Shown here one piece after another: positions 1 to 12,724 of a stretch of 59,420 nucleotides of DNA. The stretch is from Octopus sinensis (lineage: Eukaryota). The stretch covers positions 1 to 59,420 of the forward strand of contig NW_021833088.1 of NCBI RefSeq assembly GCF_006345805.1. The letters are read 5' to 3'. Each line of letters starts with the position of its first letter. The stretch's first letter is position 1. The position numbers and the translations under genes were made by a program. The notes under the pieces were generated by a model. That model saw nothing but the letters and a program-made list of their open reading frames with translations. It was not told the DNA's origin and did no database searches.

Positions 1-29
1 TATTCATTATTATCCAATTTAGCACTATA

Positions 30-420
30 ATCTAGACATCACATTTAAGAGCATTATTTACACCGTAAAATTATCATCATTATCAATAGATTATTATCAC
101 ATTTAATAACATTATTTAAACATCATCACGTTTAACATTATTCGCAATACAATATCACATTTGATACAATTCTCAATAGATTATTATCACATTTAACACC
201 ATTATCTACACAATAAAATTAGCATCATAACCTATACATTATCACATTCAACACAATTATCAACATATCACATTTCATTTCGTTTAACATCATTATCTAC
301 ATATTATCACATTTAATACCTTAATCAATACGTTATCACATTTAACAACGTTATCAATACATTATTAAATTTAACATTGTTATCTGTGCATTATCATACT
401 AACAACACTTAACAATAACA
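30..420. repeat. Degenerate ~30-bp minisatellite (core ATTATCACATTTAACA)
   Basis: TATCACATTT-like core recurs at ~36, 93, 123, 153, 183, 240, 266, 303, 333 with ~30-bp spacing. Confidence 0.7.
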
Positions 421-834
421 TATAATGCAGACACTACTAACAACACTGCAACTAGTTTCACAATCGGTAGAATAACCCTAACAACAATATTATCGTCAAT
501 GAAGTTTGTTACTAAATCAATATCAACTGCCTTCTTCAGCACCAACATGGCTGGCCGTCAGTTGAATTAATGACTTCTTTGCATTAGTAGAAGATCAAAT
601 ACACAGTAGATGGTATGCATCAAATATATATATATATATATAATATATTATATATATATATATATATATGTCCAGTATTTATTTTTACCGACCACAGAGA
701 GATGAAAGATAAATGTGGATCACAGTAGAATCGGAAGTAGAGTGGGAATAAATAATGAATGAGATTTAATATGGCGTTCAAACATCTCTGATTCCTGCAG
801 ATTGTTTTAAACGAAATTAATGACGTTTAAACAG

Positions 835-1030
835 CAGGTAGCGCGTCGGACAATATGTTTAGCGGCATTTCTTCTGCTTTTTATTTATTATCATTTATTT
901 TTTCCATTCTGAGTTCAAATCCCGTCAGGATCAACTTTAGCTTTCACCCCTTCTGGATCGATTAAATAAAGTACCAGTCAAATACCGTGATCGGTGAAAT
1001 CGACTAGTCCCATTCCCGCAAAAGCGATAC
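835..1030 (+). mobile_element. Diverged tRNA-derived SINE, family A
   Basis: TTCTGAGTTCAAATCC B-box-like, then CTTTCACCCCTTCTGGATCGATTAAATAAAGTACCAG and AATCGACTAGTCCC, homologous to the copy at 58790. Confidence 0.7.
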
Positions 1031-1873
1031 CTTTGAAACCTGTAATGGATTGGCGTCACGTTAAGGGGGCAATATTGCGATCTTAGTTACTTATACGTCA
1101 TGAAAGCCAGCCTTATAAGTCTTAGGGTTCAAGAATAATAATAAAAAAAATTTTAATGCGGGCTCAGCCACACCAAGAGATTGCTTAAGAGTAACGTGAT
1201 CTGAGGATCGATATCATTGCGTGAGTCTTCTATTATAACCTTGTTTCGACTAAGTCTTGTGAAGGAAATTTTGGAGACGGAAACATAGTATAAGCCCATC
1301 GGTTAGCTCTTTTCAGTTTTCGAGTGGTAGACTTCGTCACCCTGTTTTGATAAAACGACTACGGTCTTGGACAGCGTTAACAACAAGCTTTCGAATCTTG
1401 AATTTGGTCTGATGCTAAAGTCTTTGTTTGTTTGTTTGTTTGTTTGTTTCTTTCTTTCTATCTTCCTTCGTCCACTCGTTCGTACCTTCCTTCGTTCCTT
1501 CCTTCCTCCAAGCAGTTTCAGAGACCCTGAAATAGGTAAAAGGTGCTACGCATTTTTCTTTTAATCAAGCAATTAATAGAAATGAAACGAAATGTTTTAA
1601 TCTGGGACTGAAAATGCCTTGAAGGCATTACTAATCCAAAGTTTAATATCTGCATTTACTAAGCACCGCTTTTAATGATGATGATGATGATATTTTAAAA
1701 GGATTGACGTAACTCTTCACGGAGGTAAATAGACAACACGAACAGCACGATGCGATTGTAATAGGTATTTCATTGGTTGAATGATATTTCGACAGCTAGC
1801 CTGTCTTTGTCGTGTTCAAAATGAAAGGTGATAAATTCAAAATTATGGAAATTCTAATCCAAAATATGAACGA

Positions 1874-2005
1874 GGGCAACCAGCGTCCTCACGTTGGTGG
1901 AATGATGTCATCGGTCTTCAAATTTCAAATTTCTTTTGCCAGTTGTAAACTCGAAATTTCAAGACTGATGGTGCCATCCCATCAACGTGGCGACGCTGGC
2001 TGCCC
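1874..2005. mobile_element. Short hairpin element / MITE-like, ~53-bp inverted arms with 26-bp spacer
   Basis: GGGCAACCAGCGTC...CTTCAAATTTC (1874-1926) is the reverse complement of GAAATTTCAAG...GACGCTGGCTGCCC (1953-2005), ~80% identity. Confidence 0.6.
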
Positions 2006-2009
2006 AACC

Positions 2010-2390
2010 TCCTCCTCCTCCTCCTCCTCCTCTCTTCCTCCTCCTCCTCCTCATCATCATCATAATCATCATCAGCAGCATCATCATCATCATCATCATA
2101 ATCATCATCATCGTTATCATCATCATCATTATCATCATTATCATAATGGTCATATCATCGTCATCGTCATCATCATTATCATCTTCGTCATCATCATAAT
2201 CATCTTCGTCGTCACCATCATCATCATCATAACCCTCCTTCTCCTCCTCCTCATCGTTATCGTCATCATCGTTATCATCATCATCATTATCATCATTATC
2301 ATAATGGCCATCATCGTCACCGTCATCATCATCATCATCATCATCATCTTCGTCGTCGACGTCGTCATCATAATAATCATTATTATCAAC
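2010..2390. repeat. Compound (CCT)n/(CAT)n microsatellite
   Basis: Direct inspection; source of the His/Ile/Ser-run ORFs. Confidence 0.95.
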
Positions 2391-2521
2391 ATTTTCGTCA
2401 ATATTTCTGCAAAGTTAATTTCCCAGAACTCCAACAAATAATTCAAACACACCTCGCAGATATGTTTATGTAATATCCTATTTCAATGGTAGACATTTTA
2501 GTCTACTAAGTATTCTGCTTC

Positions 2522-2567
<46 letters not shown>

Positions 2568-2840
2568 AGATGATGATGATGATGATGAAGGGGGCAATGG
2601 TGGTCGTGATGATCATGATGATGAGACTATAGAAAACCACATACGTTCAAGAGCGCTAACGAATAGGAATATTTCAGGGAAGTCTATCTCTCTCTCTCAG
2701 TATATATATGTGTGTGTGTGTCTTTGTGTGTATGTTTGTGTGTGAGTGTTCAGAGAGTGAGATAGAGAAAGAGGGAGAGAGATAAATAGATAGAGAGGTA
2801 GATAGAAAGATAGAAAGACAGATAGATAGATCGATCGATC

Positions 2841-2894
<54 letters not shown>

Positions 2895-2916
2895 CAGATT
2901 GATAGTTTGATAGATC

Positions 2917-3017
2917 ACAGATAGAAAACTGAATTTACGAGATTCTTTATTCAAATCTAATATTTTTTCGAATCTTAGGTGAGACGTTGTCCAATCAATC
3001 GCCTTTATTGATAGTGT

Positions 3018-3054
<37 letters not shown>

Positions 3055-3448
3055 ACACACACACACACATACACACACATATACACACACACAATTTTCG
3101 GGTATAAACCCTCTAGTAGGCATTGTTAAGTACTTCCACGGGTATTGGCCACCTGATGTTAACAACAACAGTGATGCATATGCTACTGGATTTATTTCAG
3201 GAGTGTCTTGTGAAAACAGCCTGAATGTTGCAGACTTCCTAAAAAATACATTTTAATAGACCTGGGCGAAAGGAAGCAAGAGCGAGGAACTTGATTAATA
3301 AGTCACCTGAGGCGACGCAATCTACTGCTGTGTTGCAAGACACTTGATTGTAAAGTATCTCACCTGTGAGATACAGGTGCGGAGCGAGTCGAAACAATTG
3401 TAGTGGATTTGAATAAAGAATCCCGTGAATTTCCTTTTCTATGTCTGT
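2917..3448 (+). mobile_element. Penelope-like remnant: inverted partial arm, (CA)n, degenerate hammerhead, AATAAA
   Basis: 2917-2957 is the reverse complement of 3406-3448; GAAACAATTGTA (3391-3402) has a palindromic helix III and a GUA triplet; the CUGANGA core is degenerate. Confidence 0.55.
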
Positions 3449-3963
3449 TCAATTTATTTAAACTCTACGGACATCATGTAACTCTTAAAGTAAATCCAGC
3501 AGCGCATGCCTCCCTACTATTTTTGACATCAGGTAGCCAAACATTCTGGACGAACTTTAAACAGCACCCTACTGAAAATTGGTTTAAACTAACCGAAACT
3601 GGTTGTCCATTGCATCAATATTCTAATCATGTACAGCACACTTTCTCTAAATTTTCGAGAATCGCTCCAACATGAGATTTACGTTCAATTCTCTCTCTTG
3701 GATACGTTGCATGACGTTGGAGTTTATCCAGAATAGCTAGTACGTGACGATATTATCATTCGCAATCACTTTGAATTTAGCCAAGACAGGAGTGAAGACA
3801 GGAGTCTAGAATGACCACTCAGTATTTCCTTTTTCTTGATGTCTATCACGCAGCTAGATCCCACCTTCCAAATAAGATTGTGGCAGTGACAAAGTAAATT
3901 TAAAACCTACCATCTTCGACTTATTCACAGCAGCCACTATCACCAACTGCCTCCAAGAAGAAG

Positions 3964-4001
<38 letters not shown>

Positions 4002-4009
4002 TTCTCTCA

Positions 4010-4063
<54 letters not shown>

Positions 4064-4946
4064 TGACAGTTTGTACCTTTCCATTTCCCCTCTTAATATT
4101 GTATAAGAAATTGATGTTTGATACTGGGAACAATAGATATTTTCCGCATCTTGCTCATTGGCATACACACTTTCAACAACACCATGTTGTGTCATATTTT
4201 TCTGAAGAACATATTTCATAACCCACACCCTCTTGAAGCATTTGGTAAGTCACATGCTCTTCTCGAATATAAAAAAAATATTTTCAATTTTCATCGGGTT
4301 TTTTAAACACATTTGTAGTTAACCCTGCTCAAGTATATACGAATCAACTTTTAACCCGGCTAAAACTACGTCTGGATACCAAATGGCTGATCTCCTCTAG
4401 TTTATTTTCTCATCTGTGACATATAAGTAGTACTAAATCTCGTTATATACTGCTCCTTGTAAAAGGAGCCTTAACTTTGTTGCTGTTGTTATTATTGCTG
4501 TTTATGCTGTTGCATTCAAGATTGGTACTGCTGTTGATTTACTTGTTAATTTTATTGTTATTATTTTTGTCACCGATTTCACCATCATTGTTATTATTAC
4601 TCGCCACTTTCTTATTTTCTTCTTCTCCATCTATCACCTCCCCCCCCCCAAAAAAAAACAAGACAGAGAATGGTTATTCTCATTATAAGAGTCATCTTTC
4701 ATTCCTACTTATATAACCATTAAACAATATATTTTTGCCTTATCGCCAAAATGCAAATATAGATTAAATATCTTACCCCCCCCCGAGTTTAACAAATATT
4801 AAAAATAAATAAATACGTTCTCTCCAGTTACGAAAAATATGTTAAAAATTCTGTGAAATGACAAAAAACAACTTGAATTTACAGAAGCAGAAATATTTAT
4901 TGAAACTTCTTAGAACATTGTTCGGTACATAAGGCACCAATGAATG

Positions 4947-5018
<72 letters not shown>

Positions 5019-5027
5019 TAATAATAG

Positions 5028-5076
<49 letters not shown>

Positions 5077-5090
5077 GTAATAATAATAAA

Positions 5091-5130
<40 letters not shown>
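4947..5130. repeat. (AAT)n microsatellite
   Basis: Direct inspection. Confidence 0.95.
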
Positions 5131-5131
<1 letters not shown>

Positions 5132-5135
5132 TAAT

Positions 5136-5670
5136 ATTCACTAAGAACACCATTGAACAGTAAAACCTAAGAATTGTACATAGTTTCAGTAAGGATATCA
5201 GGATGAACGTGGGATTGGACGAATGTGCCAAAATGACGTAGAGAAGAGGTAAATTAATTAGCACTGAAAACGCTGCAATCGACATAGACAAAGATATGAG
5301 AAAATTAGACCACAATTGCCCATAGAAATATTTAGGAATAGACGAAATAGCTAAAATATGACAAACAAAAATTGATGAGAAAATTAGAACAATATCACAG
5401 AAGAGTTAAACTAATATTAAACACTAAACTCAATTCTAAAAATAAGAGAAAAGTGATAGACGTGCTATCATAGATTACAACTTTAACATAATAAAGTGGA
5501 GGATTAGTGAATTGAGAAACTTAGATAGAAAACCAGAAAATTATTAACAGCGTACCGAAGTCACTATCCCAAAACAAACAGATAGAATATATCTACTCCG
5601 CTCAGAAGGAGGTTGCGGCTTGACACAGATAATGAAGATTGCCGCAATTGACCTAAACACCTACCTATCT
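5136..5670 (+). mobile_element. Old R4/Dong-clade LINE remnant (RT C-terminus/thumb)
   Basis: Conceptual translation IVHSFSKDIRMNVGLDECAK, KYLGIDE, FNIIKWRISELRNLDRK, YLLRSEGGCGL parallels the copy at 8.0-8.5 kb; many stops. Confidence 0.75.
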
Positions 5671-5671
5671 T

Positions 5672-5757
5672 CTACTATAGCCTCGGGCCGACCAAGCCTT
5701 CGTGAATGGATTCGGTAGACGGAACTGAAAGAAGCCCGTCGTTACATGTATATATAA

Positions 5758-5828
<71 letters not shown>

Positions 5829-6058
5829 GTGTGTGTATATGTTTGTGTGTCTGTGTTGTCCCCCCAACATTGCTTGACAACCAATGGTGGTGTGTTTACG
5901 TCCCCGTAACTTAGCGGTTCGGCAAAAGAGATCGCTAGAATAAGTACTAGGCTTCCACAGAATAAGTCCTGAGGTCAATTTGCTCGACTAAAGGCGGTGC
6001 TCCAGCATGGCCGCAGTCAAATGACTGAAACAAGTAAAAGAATAAAAGAGTAAAAGAG
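5672..6058 (+). mobile_element. SINE family B, 5'-truncated, with internal (TA)n(TG)n and (AGTAAAAG)n tail
   Basis: Homologous to the full-length copy at 53915-54307. Confidence 0.85.
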
Positions 6059-6061
6059 AAC

Positions 6062-6180
6062 CCCGAAACTTAATTTAGTTTATCAAGCCCGGTGGAATTT
6101 GAACTCAGAACGTAAATATGGACGAAATGGTGCTAAGCAATTTAACCGGCGTGCTAAGATCTTGCCAGCTCGCCACCTTA
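6062..6180 (-). mobile_element. SINE family A head fragment
   Basis: GAATTTGAACTCAGAACG...GCCAGCTCGCCACC is the reverse complement of the family A head. Confidence 0.75.
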
Positions 6181-6394
6181 AATAACGATGATGATGATGA
6201 TGATGATGATGATGATAATATTAATAATGTTAATTTGCAGGGTTCTTGAAGCACGACCAGTAAACAAGCGTCACGTTAGTCTGTCGGCTGTGGACAGCTG
6301 ACACTTTCCATGATACCCAGCAAAATTAACTGAGCGTTTTCATCAAATAACAACAACAACAATAATGAGTGCGTGTCATCGAAATAACAGAGAA

Positions 6395-6835
6395 AGAGTA
6401 TGTACACGTACCAGATGTGAAAGAGAATAATAATTACCGGTTTTGTGGGACTTCGCCGTAAATACCGATCGTAAGAAGACTACATATGATTACAGAGAGC
6501 CAAATAAACAGCGTAAGATCATAGACTTTGCAATAATATGTGATATAGAGTAAATACCGGAGAAATTGCAAAACAATTCAGAAATATCAGAACCCAGCCA
6601 GAGAGTTGAAGTGATTGTGGTGGTGGTGGGGGGGGGACTATGAGAGCAATTATTCCCGTGGTAATTGGTGTCCTGCGTATAACACCCAGACTGCTCCTTA
6701 AGAGACTGAAAGATATTGGAAAAATGCAATTCTGCATTCAGTAAGAATCCTAAGGAATATTCTTGAGATTCGAGGAGCCTTGTCACGGAGCCTCAAGAAA
6801 ACAACCCTGCTAATCAAATTAGCTTTTAATAGACT
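6395..6835 (+). mobile_element. Old R4/Dong-clade LINE remnant (RLE domain 3' end)
   Basis: ENNNY..LWDF..TDR, IIDFAI, IIPVVIGVL, LHSVRILRNILEI parallel the RLE C-terminus at 9.1-9.5 kb. Confidence 0.65.
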
Positions 6836-6840
6836 TGGGA

Positions 6841-6917
<77 letters not shown>

Positions 6918-6998
6918 ATGATAATAATAATATAATATAATAATGATGATGATGATGATGGATGATGATGATAATATAATAGTAGTAATAATAATAAG

Positions 6999-7033
<35 letters not shown>

Positions 7034-7096
7034 CAATAATAATAATAATAAAAGAAGAAGAAGAAGAAGAAGAAGAAGAGAAGAAGAAGAAGAAGA
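6841..7096. repeat. Compound (TAC)n(TGC)n(AAT)n(GAT)n(GAA)n microsatellite
   Basis: Direct inspection. Confidence 0.95.
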
Positions 7097-9540
7097 ATGC
7101 AGAGATTTTGGAATAAAATCTGGGCAGAAAGAAAAACACACAACGAAAAGCCCCCTGGATTGACAGAATATCTACAGAACTGACCCCTTAGAAGAGCAAA
7201 AGTGGGAGGGTGTCAAGGTAGAAGATATAAGATCTGCTCTCAGGAGGTCAAGCAAATGGAAGTCTCCAGGAAAGGATAAAATTCCTAACTTCTGGCTGAA
7301 TGCCTTCCCAGAGAGCCATGAACTGCTAACAGAACTGTACAATGATGTTTTGCAACACCCTAGTAGGATGCCTCCTTGGCTAGTTAATGGTTAACATTCC
7401 TGCTTCCAAAAAGTGAAGAACAAATGAACCAAAAAACTATAGACCCATAACCTGCTTAAAAACTATGTACAAAACACTAACATCTGTCCTGACGGAATAT
7501 ACCTATAGTTTTTTAACAGACAGCAGCATATTCCCTAATGAACAGAAAGGATGTAAACGTGGATCCTACGGCTGTAAAGACCAACTACTACTCATCAATA
7601 AGATGATCTTAGAAGATTGTCACAAACGACACAAAAACTTATCAATAGCCTGGATAGACTATAAAAGGCTTTTGATAGCCTACCACATAGCTGGATTAGG
7701 AAATGCCTTGAAATGTATAAGATAGCACCAACTCTGCGAAACTTCTGACTGTAAGTATGAGATCATGGAGAACCATACTAACTCTGAACAGTGACAGTGA
7801 ATCCCTAAATGCTGGTGATGTAAAAATTTCGTGTGGCATTTACCAGGGTGACTCACTGTCACCACTCCTCTTTTGTTTATCCTTAATACCTCTTTCAAAG
7901 CTGCTCAATGATGCGCAGTACGGGTATAAAATGTTTGATAAAAATATAAATCATCTCGTTTACATGGATGATTTAAAGCTTTTTGCAAAAAATGATCAAC
8001 AACTCAAGGGCTTACTAGCGATAGTCAAACAATTCAGTGACGACATCAGAATGCAATTCGGCCTCGATAAATGTCAAAGGCTACCTTTATCAAAGGAAAA
8101 ATGACAGAAACATCTAAACGTTAACCTTGACCAACAGAATGTCATAAAAGAACTAGACCCAGCGGAGAGCTACAAGTACCTAGGATAATTGAAGGGAACG
8201 AATAGGCATTCAGAGATGAAGGAAGGATCAGGAGAGAATGCTATCGAAGAGTGAGAGCAATACTCAAGACAGAGCTGAATGCAAGAAACAGGATCGAAGC
8301 ATCAATGCTTAGCTATACCAGTCGTGACTTACAGTTTCAATATTGTTAACTGGTCAATTACTGAAATATGTCAGCTCGACAGAAAAATAAGGAAACTGTT
8401 GACAATGCATAGAATGCACCACCCTAAGGCAGATACAGAACGACTCTATCTGCCAAGAAAAGAGGGAGGCCGTGGTCTTTTTTGCAACTGGCAATAACAA
8501 TGAAGATTGCTACAATTGGCCTAGACACCTACCTGAAAACTCTGAGGACTGGATGCTAAAACTTGTCTCAAAACATGAAAACAAGAAAGCATCATACTCA
8601 GTCACAAAACAGGCAAAGGAATATCTAAGTGAATTCCGAATACAACCAATTTCGGAATTAGAGATAGATATACAAGAAACAAGCACAGAAAAAGCTAGGC
8701 GCATGAAAACCCGTGCCAAAACTGCGGCCTTAGATATTCTGAATAATAAATGGCAAGAAAAACCTCTCTATGGCAAATACCCAAAGAGAGCGAATAATGC
8801 AGATATCGACAAAGCCCTGACCCATCAATGGCTAATGGCCTCTGGCTTAAAATCTGAAACAGAGGGGTTTATCATAGCAGCTCAAGATCAATGCCTACCA
8901 ACAAAACTACCAGGCCAACATATTAAAGATCAGAAGCAGTCCAACGTGTCGTGTATGCAAGCAACAAAATGAAACCATTGACCATGTGGTCCTCCAAGTG
9001 CAGTCTTCTAGCGCCTACAGAATATCTCAAGGCAAACGATAGAGCTGCACAATATATTCACTGGGTAATCTGTAAAAACCTGGATTTGCCCCATGAAAAA
9101 AACTGGTGGGAACACAAACCACCCCCAGTGCTTGAAAATGATGACCACATCTCACTCCTCTGGAACTTCACCATTCAAACTGACAGGAAGATAGATGCAA
9201 ATAGGCCAGACATCATATTGAAAAACTTCAAACAAAGAACATGCCTCCTCATTGATATGACTGTCCCAATCGATATAAACGTATCTGTCAAGACCTACCA
9301 AAAACTGAGCAATATAAAGATCTTGAAATAGAAATCAGCAAAATGTGGAAGCTGAAGACTAAAACAATACCTGTTGTCATAGGTGCCCTGGGAATGATAG
9401 CAAAAGGGGCTGATAGCTACCTAACTCAGATACCAGGAAACCAAAAATGGCAGAAGTTCAAAAGATAGTGCTCATGGGAACTGCTCATATCCTACGCAAA
9501 ATACTCTCTATGTAATCTCAAGGTTTAAAACAAACATAAT

Positions 9541-9571
<31 letters not shown>

Positions 9572-9730
9572 CCTTTTTTTTTTTAGACATTCATTAGTAA
9601 ACATCCCCACCCCCCAAATATATGGCACACTAGGCATAACAACAACATGAACTTCCAACCTGTTGTCTCTTGAGGTCTCTGGGTGAGACTTGGAGCCAAC
9701 TTGTACAAATATAAAGCAAAAGTCAACATA
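7095..9730 (+). mobile_element. 5'-truncated R4/Dong-clade non-LTR retrotransposon (RT, CCHC knuckle, restriction-like endonuclease, 3' UTR)
   Basis: Motifs KSPGKDKI, NYRPITCL, EQKGCKRGSYGCKDQLL, GIYQGDSLSPLLFCL, HLVYMDDLKL, GLKSETEGFIIAAQDQCL, RPDII...LID, IPVVIGALG, GTAHILRK*; stop at ~9515; followed by (AAT)n; multiple frameshifts. Confidence 0.95.
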
Positions 9731-9808
<78 letters not shown>

Positions 9809-9827
9809 TTTCATTTATTTGCCACAA

Positions 9828-10296
9828 AGCAAATATTCTGCTGAATAGCAAATATTCTGCTCAATACCACAGAGTTGCTTGTCAGTTGTTTGACCTTAAC
9901 CAGTTTAGCATGTGCCTTAGTGGCTGACGATATGTGCATCTCTGATCACGAGCAGAAGTAGTGGGGGAACACCATAGCCATGTGTTGAGAGGAATTCTTT
10001 GGGGTTTGAATAATTCACCTCTGGAAACATGGGTAGTTCGTTCAACATCCTTAAACAAACCATATTCAGGGATCTTTTGAGCGGGATGGGTTTCTCGACC
10101 TCAAGAAAGTTCTAACTGAGCTCCACCTACAAGGTCATGCGCTGTTTATCTTGATATGAGATCACCATTTCGCGCGCATATGGTTGTAATGCAGTGCCTA
10201 GTGTACCCTTATTATACTGGTAGTCATGATGGGTATGCTGGGCTTCGTATATTTTACCCCAGTGTCACTTTGATGGCATGCACTGCTCTCTCACTC
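9828..10296 (+). mobile_element. Non-coding dispersed repeat X, 5'-truncated, ending CTCTCTCACTC-(AAT)n
   Basis: Closely matches 27948-28384. Confidence 0.8.
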
Positions 10297-10306
10297 AATA
10301 ATAATA

Positions 10307-10337
<31 letters not shown>

Positions 10338-10536
10338 CTACAACAATCCTTTATGGGAGTGAATTTGATACGGTATTCATTCATACAATATATGAACGAG
10401 TGAAACCGTGGAGAGTTTGTGTGGGGTGGGACAATATAAAAGGGAGTGGATGAATAAATTAAAGGAGTTGAAAAATTTGTGAAAATTATGATTACAGTCT
10501 AATCAAAGAAGTATTTATGCATATATATATATATAC

Positions 10537-10768
10537 CTATTTCTTTATTACCTACAAGGGGCTAAACACAGAAGGGACAAACAAGGACAGACATAGGTAT
10601 TAAGTCGATTACATCGACCCCAGTGCGTAACTGGTACTTAATTTATCGACTCCGAAAGGATGAAAGGCAAAGTCGACCTTGGCGGAATTTGAACTCACAA
10701 CGTAATGCAGACGAAATACGGCTACGCATTTCGCCCGGCGTGCTAACGTTTCTGCCAGCTCGCCGCCT
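10537..10768 (-). mobile_element. SINE family A, full-length
   Basis: Reverse complement begins GGCGGCGAGCTGGCAGAAACGTTAGCACGCCGGGCGAAATGC, with GTGAGTTCAAATTCC B-box-like and CTTTCATCCTTTCGGAGTCGATAAATTAAGTACCAG central domain. Confidence 0.85.
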
Positions 10769-10780
10769 GTATATGTGTGG

Positions 10781-10818
<38 letters not shown>

Positions 10819-11415
10819 CCTGGTAAATAGCTAAGAAACTCGCTTCGTAATCACGAGGTTCAGTGTTTGATAAAACTATGTGAAAAAAACACAACAAAAT
10901 AAAACCAAAAATACCCAAAAGAAACAGAAAATAAAACAATATAACCTTAAAATGCTTGAAATCGAAGAATACTCGAGGCATGATTCTTTTGCCTTTGGCA
11001 TTTTTGGTAAAGAATTTGTCATTATGGGGAGAAAAAAATGCTTTGAGCAAATAAAATAGTTAATCGCCATTCCAAAATGATTTTAACAAGAAAATTGCAA
11101 GAAATAAAATAAAGATCATTACAATAGTTATGCCAAAAGATTTTGGAAGAACCATGGACAGCAGAAAGAGTACCCCAAACAAGGTTACTCAAAATAAGAA
11201 GCGAACACACAGAATATTGCAGGGAAAATATGTAAATCTGTGAAATAATTTTTGCTTTGCTGTGCGGTGGCGGAAAGTTCAGTGCCAGTGCGTGACACCT
11301 GCGTATGTCTTCTACAATAGCCCGAAGCCGACCAATGGTTTGAGAAAGAATTTTTGTGGATGGAAACTGTGTGAAGACCAGTCAACATATATGAGCGCGC
11401 GCGTGTGTGTTAATG

Positions 11416-11783
11416 TTTACTCCTTTACTTGTTTCAGTCATTTGACTGTCGAGCAAATCGACCCAAAAACTTATTCTTTGTAAGCCTAGTACTTATTCTA
11501 TCGGTCGCTTTTGCCGAACCGCTGAATTACGGGGATGTAAACACAACACAATTGGTTGTCAAGCGATGTTGGGAGGACAAACGCAGACACACAAACATAT
11601 ACACACAGATACATATATATATACATATATACGACGGGCTTCTTTCGGTTTCCGTCTACCAAATCCACTCACAAGGCTTTGGTTGGCCCGAGGCTATAGT
11701 AGAAGACACTTGCCCAAGGACTGAACCCGGAACCATGTGGTTGGTAAGCAAGCTACTTACCACACAGCCACTGCTACGCCTAT
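11416..11783 (-). mobile_element. SINE family B
   Basis: Head GTGGCTGTGTGGTAAGTAGC...GGTTCAGTCC, CORE-like CCTTGGGCAAGTG, internal microsatellite, 3' module. Confidence 0.85.
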
Positions 11784-11877
11784 GTTTTTTTTTATAGTTA
11801 TAATAGAAACAATTTAACATTAAACTGAATAATTACTCAATACTTTTTGCAAAGTTCTGGGACTGCTAGCCGACGTT

Positions 11878-12090
11878 CGAGGGGGTGCTGAAAGGTTCTT
11901 GGCTTTAAGGGTGCCGCAAAAGGGATGGTGGGAGGCCTAACACTCCGGGTTATTTTACAGGGCTTAGAAAATCTGAAGGGCTACTGCAATAAGCGTGTAA
12001 ATCTGAGAGATGAATATGTTGAATAAAACCATAACTGATCCTCTTGTATTTTCTTTTACTCAAAGCCAAGAACTTTTCAGCAATCTCACG
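11878..12090 (+). mobile_element. Mariner internal-deletion derivative (MITE)
   Basis: TIRs CGAGGGGGTGCTGAAAGGTTCTTGGCTTT / AAAGCCAAGAACTTTTCAGCAATCTCACG-TA; interior encodes the transposase tail (QGLENLKGYCNKRVNLRDEYVE*), homologous to 57340-57490. Confidence 0.8.
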
Positions 12091-12177
12091 TATAATTACA
12101 GCACATATGTATGTAAGCATGTATGTGTATATATCTATATATCTATATCAATCTATATATCTATATCTATATCAATC

Positions 12178-12290
<113 letters not shown>

Positions 12291-12653
12291 TTTATATATA
12301 TATAATATATATTATATATATATATATATAATTGTTAATTGCTGGAAGTGACATCGTATTTCATTTTGCAATCATAATATCCTATTAAGATTACTTATAA
12401 GTCAAAATTGTGTCCTAATTTTTGTGTTAGCAGTGCGATTCAGTCACTTCAGATCTTTTCTATAGAATTTAGAGCCAACAATGAAAGTTACCACATTTCG
12501 TATACGAATATGTAAAGAATGCGATCGAGGCCAGAGAAAAGAAGTAATGGGTGTATGTGAATATTTCAGGGGTCCCTTCTCTTTCTACAGCACCAAATCC
12601 AACCCATTAACTATCCACGAACACATTGCTTATATAGGGAGATATATATATTC

Positions 12654-12724
<71 letters not shown>

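Noticed and set aside
4107-4244. Exon ending at strong donor TTG|GTAAGT
   Set aside because: With the only plausible acceptor the frames contain stops; peptides on either strand are unrecognised
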